This document shows positions 58,162 through 64,000 of a DNA stretch of 64,000 bases, one piece after another. The translations under genes were made by a program, and so were the position numbers. The DNA lies in contig OZ244922.1 in NCBI GenBank assembly GCA_965221905.1, positions 384,001 through 448,000 on the forward strand, in the 5' to 3' direction. Origin of the DNA: Chloroflexota bacterium (GTDB lineage: Bacteria; Chloroflexota; UBA11872; VXOZ01). The notes under the pieces are model-generated. The model did no database searches. It worked only from the letters and a program-made list of their open reading frames with translations, and was not told where the DNA came from. Positions within the stretch are counted from its first letter, which is position 1; each line of letters begins with the position of its first letter.

Positions 58162-59787
58162 ATGCAATCGACTGTACCGTGGCGCAGAGAGTTTCTTTCC
58201 GGGGCAATTGCCGCGGTGGCTTTTCTCGCGATCTACTTTGTCGTTCGCTTCATTTGGCAGATTCCGGCGCTGCCGGAGGCGGTGATCGAAGGCATTCTTA
58301 ACTTCATTCCGCCTGCCCTCTTCGAGGCGGTAATTCAGATCTTCGGCTCCATGGCCAAGACACTGAACTTCTACGCGATACTCATTGGCATGGTTAGCGC
58401 GGGCGGCGTGGCGGGGCTGCTCTACGGTCGTCTGCTTGCTATAATTGGCGCAAACGAAAGCAACAGCGGCGGGACGCCAACGGCGTTGCTGTACGGCCTT
58501 GGTTTCGGCGGGTTGCTGTGGCTGGTCCACGCGGTGACGATTTCGCCATTCGCGGAACGCGGCTTCTTCGGCATGGATGCATCCTCACCGGTCATTGCTG
58601 CCGTTGCCATCGACATCATTGCCTATTTGGCATTTGGGTTTGTGCTTGCGTACGTCCGGCAACCCTTCGTCGTTGAGACGTCCGAAACGGCCTCTGAGGG
58701 CGTGTTGTCCCGTCGGTCGCTGGTGCCCTTGGCCGCTTCCGGGCTGGCCTTAGGCGGCGCCTACGCGCTCAAGCGCTCATTTGCGGCGCAAGCGCAGGCC
58801 ATCTTCAATGAACCGGCGAAAGAGACTACTCTTTCCGCCAGTGGCGAATCGCTCCCCATATTTCAGAAGGGCTTTGAGGGACTGGAACCCCTGGTTACGC
58901 CCAACGACGAGTTCTACGTAATCTCCAAGAACAGTATTGATCCAACCGTAAACGTAGAGGACTGGAGTCTTACCATCACCGGCATGGTGGATAACAAGAT
59001 GACTCTGGATTACGATGCGCTAACGGCCATGCCCACCCAGCAGCAATACGCGACTCTGCAATGCATCAGCAACTCGGTCGGCGGAGACCTCATCGGCTGT
59101 GCGCTGTGGGAAGGGGTGCCGCTGTGGAACCTGCTGGTCCAAGCGGGCATACAGCCGGGCGTGAAGGACATCGTCTTGCACGCGGCAGACGGTTACCAGG
59201 AGAGCATCCCGCTTGAAAAGGCGCAGGACCCCAACGTGCTCTTGGCGTTCCGCATGAACGGCGCGATACTGCCGAACAACCACGGTTTTCCGGCGCGCCT
59301 GGTTGTGCCGAACATCTATGGCATGAAGAACGTGAAGTGGCTGACGCGGATCGAGCCGGTAGACCATGATTTCAAGGGCTTCTGGCAACAGCGCGGCTGG
59401 AGCGATGAAGCCATCATTAAGACGATGTCCCGCATCGACGCGCCGAACAACGGCGCCACGGTGAGTGTCAAGGTGGACCGGGAAGTCTTGATCGGCGGCA
59501 TCGCCTTTGCCGGCAACCGCGGCATAAGCAGGGTCGAAGTCAGCATCGATGAGGGCGATAACTGGATAGAGGCGGAACTTGGCAAGGAGCTCACCCCGTT
59601 TTCGTGGGTGCAGTGGAAAACTACGTGGGAACCACCGGTAGCGGCCGGTTACACTATTCGGGTGCGCGCTACCGACGGCGCCGGTAGTCTGCAAGACGAG
59701 ACGCGGCTCGAACCCGCGCCCAATGGCGCCTCTGGCTGGCACACTATCAACACGCGCATCAGCGGCATTAGCGATGGGCAGAATTAG
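58162..59787 (+). CDS. Membrane-anchored sulfite-oxidase-family molybdopterin oxidoreductase
   Basis: TPNDEFY, TLQCISN (Mo-ligand Cys), ADGY, MNG..LP.NHGFPARL.VP.IYG.KNVKWL, C-terminal Ig-like dimerisation domain. Confidence 0.92.
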   Translation: MQSTVPWRREFLSGAIAAVAFLAIYFVVRFIWQIPALPEAVIEGILNFIPPALFEAVIQIFGSMAKTLNFYAILIGMVSAGGVAGLLYGRLLAIIGANESNSGGTPTALLYGLGFGGLLWLVHAVTISPFAERGFFGMDASSPVIAAVAIDIIAYLAFGFVLAYVRQPFVVETSETASEGVLSRRSLVPLAASGLALGGAYALKRSFAAQAQAIFNEPAKETTLSASGESLPIFQKGFEGLEPLVTPNDEFYVISKNSIDPTVNVEDWSLTITGMVDNKMTLDYDALTAMPTQQQYATLQCISNSVGGDLIGCALWEGVPLWNLLVQAGIQPGVKDIVLHAADGYQESIPLEKAQDPNVLLAFRMNGAILPNNHGFPARLVVPNIYGMKNVKWLTRIEPVDHDFKGFWQQRGWSDEAIIKTMSRIDAPNNGATVSVKVDREVLIGGIAFAGNRGISRVEVSIDEGDNWIEAELGKELTPFSWVQWKTTWEPPVAAGYTIRVRATDGAGSLQDETRLEPAPNGASGWHTINTRISGISDGQN

Positions 59788-60051
59788 GAGAATTGCGCAC
59801 GAAAGTTTACGGCTAGTCTCCTAGCTTCCAGCGCTTGCAGCTAACGCTCTTGCTGCGCTTTCAACTAAGTAGAAGAAGCGTCCGTGCTTGAGCGACTGCT
59901 CACCACTGCGGTCTCTACGCTGGAGCATGGACGTTTTTTCGAGGTTGCTTCTGGGTCACACGAATGCTGTGTCCCAGAAGTATCGTTTTAAGGCAGCTTG
60001 ATCATGTGTCAGCTCTTGTCGTCACACGTGGGGCTTAGGCCGGCGATGAGA

Positions 60052-61113
60052 CTAGAGGCACCCTGACAGAGAAGGAATGCCGAACGTCTCTGCCATAGAG
60101 TCCAGGTCTTCGACGATTTGGGTTGCGAAGGCGATGCCGTCGCGCAGGAAGTGTTCTTTGCGCTCTAGCTCGATTTCGCCGGGCAGGTAAATGCGCTCGA
60201 CTCCCTTGGCTTTTTCCGACGTGCGCATCTGGCGGATCTGCACGTCCATGCGCTGCTTGAATTCGTCCACGGGCATCATGTGGCCTATGTCGAGCGCCAT
60301 GAAGAAATGGCCCATGGCCTGCGGCGTATTGGGGATACCGCCCCGGCGCACGTCTTGGCCGAAGAGCGCCCCTGTGAGCACGCCGCACAGCGCGTCGAGC
60401 ACCACGGCAAGGCCGTAGCCCTTGGGACCGCCCACCGGCGCCATGAGCTTTGCCAAGCTGGGGTCCTCTGTGGGTTCGCCGGTGGCCGTCAAGGCCCAGC
60501 CGGGGGGAATGGGCTCGTTCTTGCGCCTGGCCAGCGCTACCTTGCCCGCAGCGACCACGCTCACGGCCATGTCGAGCATGAGCGGGCGTTCCGTGGCTGC
60601 CGGAATCGCATAGGCGATGGGCGTGTTGCTCAAGCTGGGCGTGACGCCGCCGTAGGGCGCCATTACCTGAATGCCGTTGGTTGAACAAAATCCGATGGCG
60701 TCGTGGTCGAGAGCGCGCATGGTGAAGTAAGCCGCAGCGCCGAAGTGGTTGCTCTCGCGCACGCCCACCGCGCCGATGCCGAATTGTTTGGCTTTCTCGA
60801 TTGCCAGGTCCATGGCCTGCACGCCCGCCACTTGTCCCATGGCGTTGCGCGCGCTGATGAGTCCGGTGGCCCCGCTGTCCGAAACCACCTCCGGTGTGCC
60901 GGTCGGATCGATAGATCCCACCTGAATCCAATTGGCGTAGAGCGGGAGAAAGTTGCTGCCGTGGGTAAAGACGCCGGTGAGATCGGCGTGCACCAGCGAC
61001 TGCGCCACCTGCGCCGCATCGTCCGGCCGCATGCCGACCGTCCGCAGCGCTTCGGTATCAAAGGCTTCGATTATCGCGGCCGGGACACGGACAATTCCAG
61101 CTTCATCGGACAT
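60052..61113 (-). CDS. Ldh_2 family oxidoreductase (more distant fourth paralog)
   Basis: G.FTHG, SNHFG, MAPYGG, NTPIA, LDMA, GGPKGYGL, YLPGE. Confidence 0.92.
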   Translation of the reverse strand: MSDEAGIVRVPAAIIEAFDTEALRTVGMRPDDAAQVAQSLVHADLTGVFTHGSNFLPLYANWIQVGSIDPTGTPEVVSDSGATGLISARNAMGQVAGVQAMDLAIEKAKQFGIGAVGVRESNHFGAAAYFTMRALDHDAIGFCSTNGIQVMAPYGGVTPSLSNTPIAYAIPAATERPLMLDMAVSVVAAGKVALARRKNEPIPPGWALTATGEPTEDPSLAKLMAPVGGPKGYGLAVVLDALCGVLTGALFGQDVRRGGIPNTPQAMGHFFMALDIGHMMPVDEFKQRMDVQIRQMRTSEKAKGVERIYLPGEIELERKEHFLRDGIAFATQIVEDLDSMAETFGIPSLSGCL

Positions 61114-61345
61114 GGATTGGTCTCCCTTATGTCTTGTCAATGATTAACAAGCATTCGGCGGCTTGGTTGCCAGATAGACGCCAAGGCTGCGGACGCCGAG
61201 AGCGCCTTCTGAAACGATCCAGCGATAGCGGATACAGGCCATGCTATTATAGCATTCGAGCTGTGAAGGTTCCGCAAATGTGATAGGAAGTCAAGTACTT
61301 GTCACCCCCTAGAAACGCAATGGAAATGACTAAGGAGATAAAGCA

Positions 61346-63376
61346 ATGAGAGAGTTTTCAAAAGAGTTGACTTATGTTAGACAAGCCTTCGCAGATGGCC
61401 ATGCTTTACTCGTCGGAGAAGGCAGGAACCAGCGTATTCAGTATGTTGATTCAGACCACTCCGATCGTTGGGCCGACCCAGAGGAGAAAGTTCGGGCCGA
61501 ATTGTGGGCAGAGTTGATTTATAAGTACGACTATTCGCCAAACCGGATTCGCTTTGAGGTCAATGTTCCTCGTCGCACGCCAAACGACTTTGCTGACCTG
61601 GTGATTTATAGTGACGAGGAACTAAAGCAACCCTATTTTGTTTTTGAGTGCAAACGTGCAGACGTGTCTGACACTGAATTCAATCAATCTATAGAGCAAT
61701 CGTGTGGCAACCGCGCCAGCTTGGGGGCGCAATTCAGTGGGGCTGTTGCTGGTCTGACCCGACGCCTATTGCGATTTGACGCTTTCCCCCCTGGTGAGCG
61801 CGACAAGAACCATCTCACAGACATTCCCATACGCTACGGCAATCTAGCTGAGTGGCGCTTCTATAAGAACGAACAAGGCCGCGACCTTGCCGCCGTTCCG
61901 CGTGAAGGGTTGCGCGCCGCTATTCGCAAGTGCCATCAAACGCTTTGGGAGGGTGGCCGCCGCAGCCCTATTGAGGCGTTCGGTGAGTTCTCTAAGCTCG
62001 TCTTCATCAAGCACCGTGACGAAAAGAAACTGGAGCGCAAGAACGGCGAACCGTACGCATTCCAACGCCGCGATGGAGAGACTGCCGTCGAACTTGCTGA
62101 CCGCATTTTCGAACTCTACGACGCTGAAAAGGAACGGGAGCCGGACGTGTTCTCCGATCGCATCAACGTTGACGCAGCTATCGTCGCGCAGTGCGTGGAG
62201 CACCTGGAGGGCATTTCGCTCGACCGTACGGAACTCGACACCAAGGGCGTCGCATTTGAGGAATTCATGGGCGGTTTCTTTAAAGGTGACTTTGGACAAT
62301 ATTTCACGCCCCGCGAACTCATTGCCTTTGCTGTGGAGATGATTGACCCAAAACGAGATGACCAAATCCTCGACCCCGCCTGTGGGTCTGGCGGCTTCTT
62401 GCTTTACGCCCTTGATCATATTCGTCGCGAGGCCACTGAGTACTACGAAACTGACACCGTCGACCACTTCCGATTCTGGCACGACTTTGCGGAGAACTAC
62501 CTTTTTGGTATTGACATTTATGATGCGCTTGTGCGGGTCGCCAAGATGAATATGATCATCCACGATGACGGACACACTAACATCCTCGGCCATGACGCTC
62601 TTGACTTCATTGAAGAAATTCAGGGACAGAATTCCGGCATCACCAAAGAGAAATTCGACCTTATCCTCACCAATCCACCCTTTGGTTCGGTCATCAAGCG
62701 TATAGAAAAGGGAGACGCCTATATTGAGCAATTTGAACTGCGCCACTACCTCAGCAAACAATGGCCTCTATACACTGAAGTAACAGGGACTGATGTTGAA
62801 ATTGGAGCGAAAGGTGGGGCAAGAGCTGTAAGGGAGCGCGCAAGCATTAGAACGGAAATTGTGTTCCTAGAGCGCATTCACACTTTTCTCAAGCCAGGTC
62901 TTGGCCGCGCTGCAGTAGTGCTACCCGATGGAATTCTAACGAACTCCTCCCTCCTGGGGGTGCGTCATTGGCTGCTCGCCCACTTTCAAATCTTGGCAGT
63001 TGTTAGCCTTCCCGACTTCGCCTTTCAGCACTATGACGCTGGTGTGAAGTCAAGTATTGTGTTCCTGCGTCGACTTCACGTTGGCGAGACGGTACCCGAA
63101 GACGTTGCTATATTCATGGCCCTTGCTGAAAACATCGGCTACGACGCAACTGGTCGTAAGACCTTTAAAGTGACAGTGGAGAAAGAAGTGCCAGGCAAGA
63201 CGATGATTGAACGGCAAAGCTGTGACCTATTCGACTATCGGGTTTTCTACGAGTGGAGCAATACAAATCCGGAGGAGCCCGCATGGAGTGAGCGCCGTCG
63301 AGAAATTATCCCCAATACAGGCCTCGTTGCTCAGTGGCGTGCATTCCAGCAGGACCCGACACCTTTTTTCGTATAG
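61346..63376 (+). CDS. Fused restriction endonuclease (HsdR_N-type PD-(D/E)xK) and N6-adenine DNA methyltransferase
   Basis: PEEKVR...ADLVIY...FECKR nuclease; GQYFTPR, DPACGSGGFL (motif I), NPPF (motif IV); AAGGAG RBS; visibly less GC-rich than flanks. Confidence 0.92.
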   Translation: MREFSKELTYVRQAFADGHALLVGEGRNQRIQYVDSDHSDRWADPEEKVRAELWAELIYKYDYSPNRIRFEVNVPRRTPNDFADLVIYSDEELKQPYFVFECKRADVSDTEFNQSIEQSCGNRASLGAQFSGAVAGLTRRLLRFDAFPPGERDKNHLTDIPIRYGNLAEWRFYKNEQGRDLAAVPREGLRAAIRKCHQTLWEGGRRSPIEAFGEFSKLVFIKHRDEKKLERKNGEPYAFQRRDGETAVELADRIFELYDAEKEREPDVFSDRINVDAAIVAQCVEHLEGISLDRTELDTKGVAFEEFMGGFFKGDFGQYFTPRELIAFAVEMIDPKRDDQILDPACGSGGFLLYALDHIRREATEYYETDTVDHFRFWHDFAENYLFGIDIYDALVRVAKMNMIIHDDGHTNILGHDALDFIEEIQGQNSGITKEKFDLILTNPPFGSVIKRIEKGDAYIEQFELRHYLSKQWPLYTEVTGTDVEIGAKGGARAVRERASIRTEIVFLERIHTFLKPGLGRAAVVLPDGILTNSSLLGVRHWLLAHFQILAVVSLPDFAFQHYDAGVKSSIVFLRRLHVGETVPEDVAIFMALAENIGYDATGRKTFKVTVEKEVPGKTMIERQSCDLFDYRVFYEWSNTNPEEPAWSERRREIIPNTGLVAQWRAFQQDPTPFFV

Positions 63377-63423
63377 GCCCCGCTAAGGCAGCAGAAGCAA
63401 AAGCATTTGCGCTTAGGCGGGGC
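63351..63423 (+). promoter_or_regulatory. Putative -1 programmed ribosomal frameshift signal
   Basis: AGGA at 63351-63354; T_TTT_TTC at 63364-63370 in the MTase frame; 6-nt spacer containing the stop; stem GCCCCGC-TAAG-GCA / TGC-g-CTTA-g-GCGGGGC at 63377-63423. Confidence 0.65.
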
Positions 63424-64000
63424 AGCACCCAGGGACGGTTGGACGCGAAATTCCATTTTGATCACGAACGACTGCGCTCTCGAATAGATTCAACCCCAAT
63501 ACCCAAACCGAAGTTAGGTGAGGTCTTGGTCTCGATCGCGAGCGGCGCGACGCCCAGACGAAGTGACTCTTCACTTTACACTAGCACGGGAGTCAAGTTT
63601 CTACGAATCTTGAATGTTCAAGATGGTGAAATCTTAGAAGAAAATGTGAAGTATATCACTGACGCCGTTCATGAGGGCAGTCTTCGTCGTTCTCAGCTTG
63701 CATCAGGTGACGTCCTGATGACTATTACCGGTAGAGTGGGATCAGCAGCGGTTGTTCGAGAAAACAATCTTCCTGCTAACATCAATCAGCATGTCGTTCG
63801 CTTGAGGATTGATACTCGACGTTGCTTGCCGGAATTCCTCTCTGCCTGGCTGAATTGCCCAGCTGGACTTGAACTCTCAAACCACCCCGTGTCAGGAGGC
63901 ACGCGGTCTGCACTCGACTACGGTGCCATTCGAGATTTACGTGTTCCTTTGCCGGAGTCGTTACGGGCTCAAGAAAAGCTACTTTGCAACCTAGGAAAGG
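63364..64000 (+). CDS. Restriction-modification specificity (HsdS/TRD) subunit region, -1 frame, runs off the window
   Basis: Manual translation: GRLDAKF...KLGEV..SIASGATP...VKFLRILNV...GDVLMTITGRVG...ANINQHV.RLR...PEFL..WLN...LRVPLP; frame open from 63292; first ATG only at 63718. Confidence 0.85.

Noticed and set aside
63364-63369. Phase-variable homopolymer tract
   Set aside because: T6 is short for slipped-strand phase variation; the in-frame heptamer plus stem-loop fits ribosomal frameshifting better, though a sequencing indel cannot be excluded

Overview
GC-rich bacterial chromosome segment. The gene content is consistent with a host-associated Chloroflexota-like organism (inference, not proven): plant-type LRR protein, beta-propeller lipoproteins, expanded sugar-acid/2-oxoacid catabolic paralogs, Tat lipoproteins and dense palindromic repeats. 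Housekeeping genes are purE-purK, leuS, hisD, hisB, a moaB/mogA-family gene, a tatB-like gene and two tRNA-Ser. Accessory content includes a ~41-repeat LRR surface-protein gene interrupted by a complete IS5 element (CTAG duplication), three tandem Ldh_2-family dehydrogenases plus a fourth, an AAA ATPase + TOPRIM-like pair, two GT9 glycosyltransferases, four tandem giant PQQ-type beta-propeller lipoproteins, several REP-like families with three tandem arrays, and a restriction-modification locus running off the right edge. The main signals not shown by the ORF track are four. (1) A classic -1 programmed ribosomal frameshift cassette (SD-like AGGA, U_UUU_UUC, 6-nt spacer, GC-rich stem-loop) would join a fused REase-MTase to a start-less specificity subunit. 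(2) An exported thioredoxin-fold lipoprotein has an in-frame UGA in a UxxC motif followed by a SECIS-like hairpin, indicating a selenoprotein. (3) A TatB membrane/helix module is fused to a Cys-containing V4R/ATC-hydrolase-like domain. (4) A small C-terminal domain lies in frame behind the LRR gene's stop codon.
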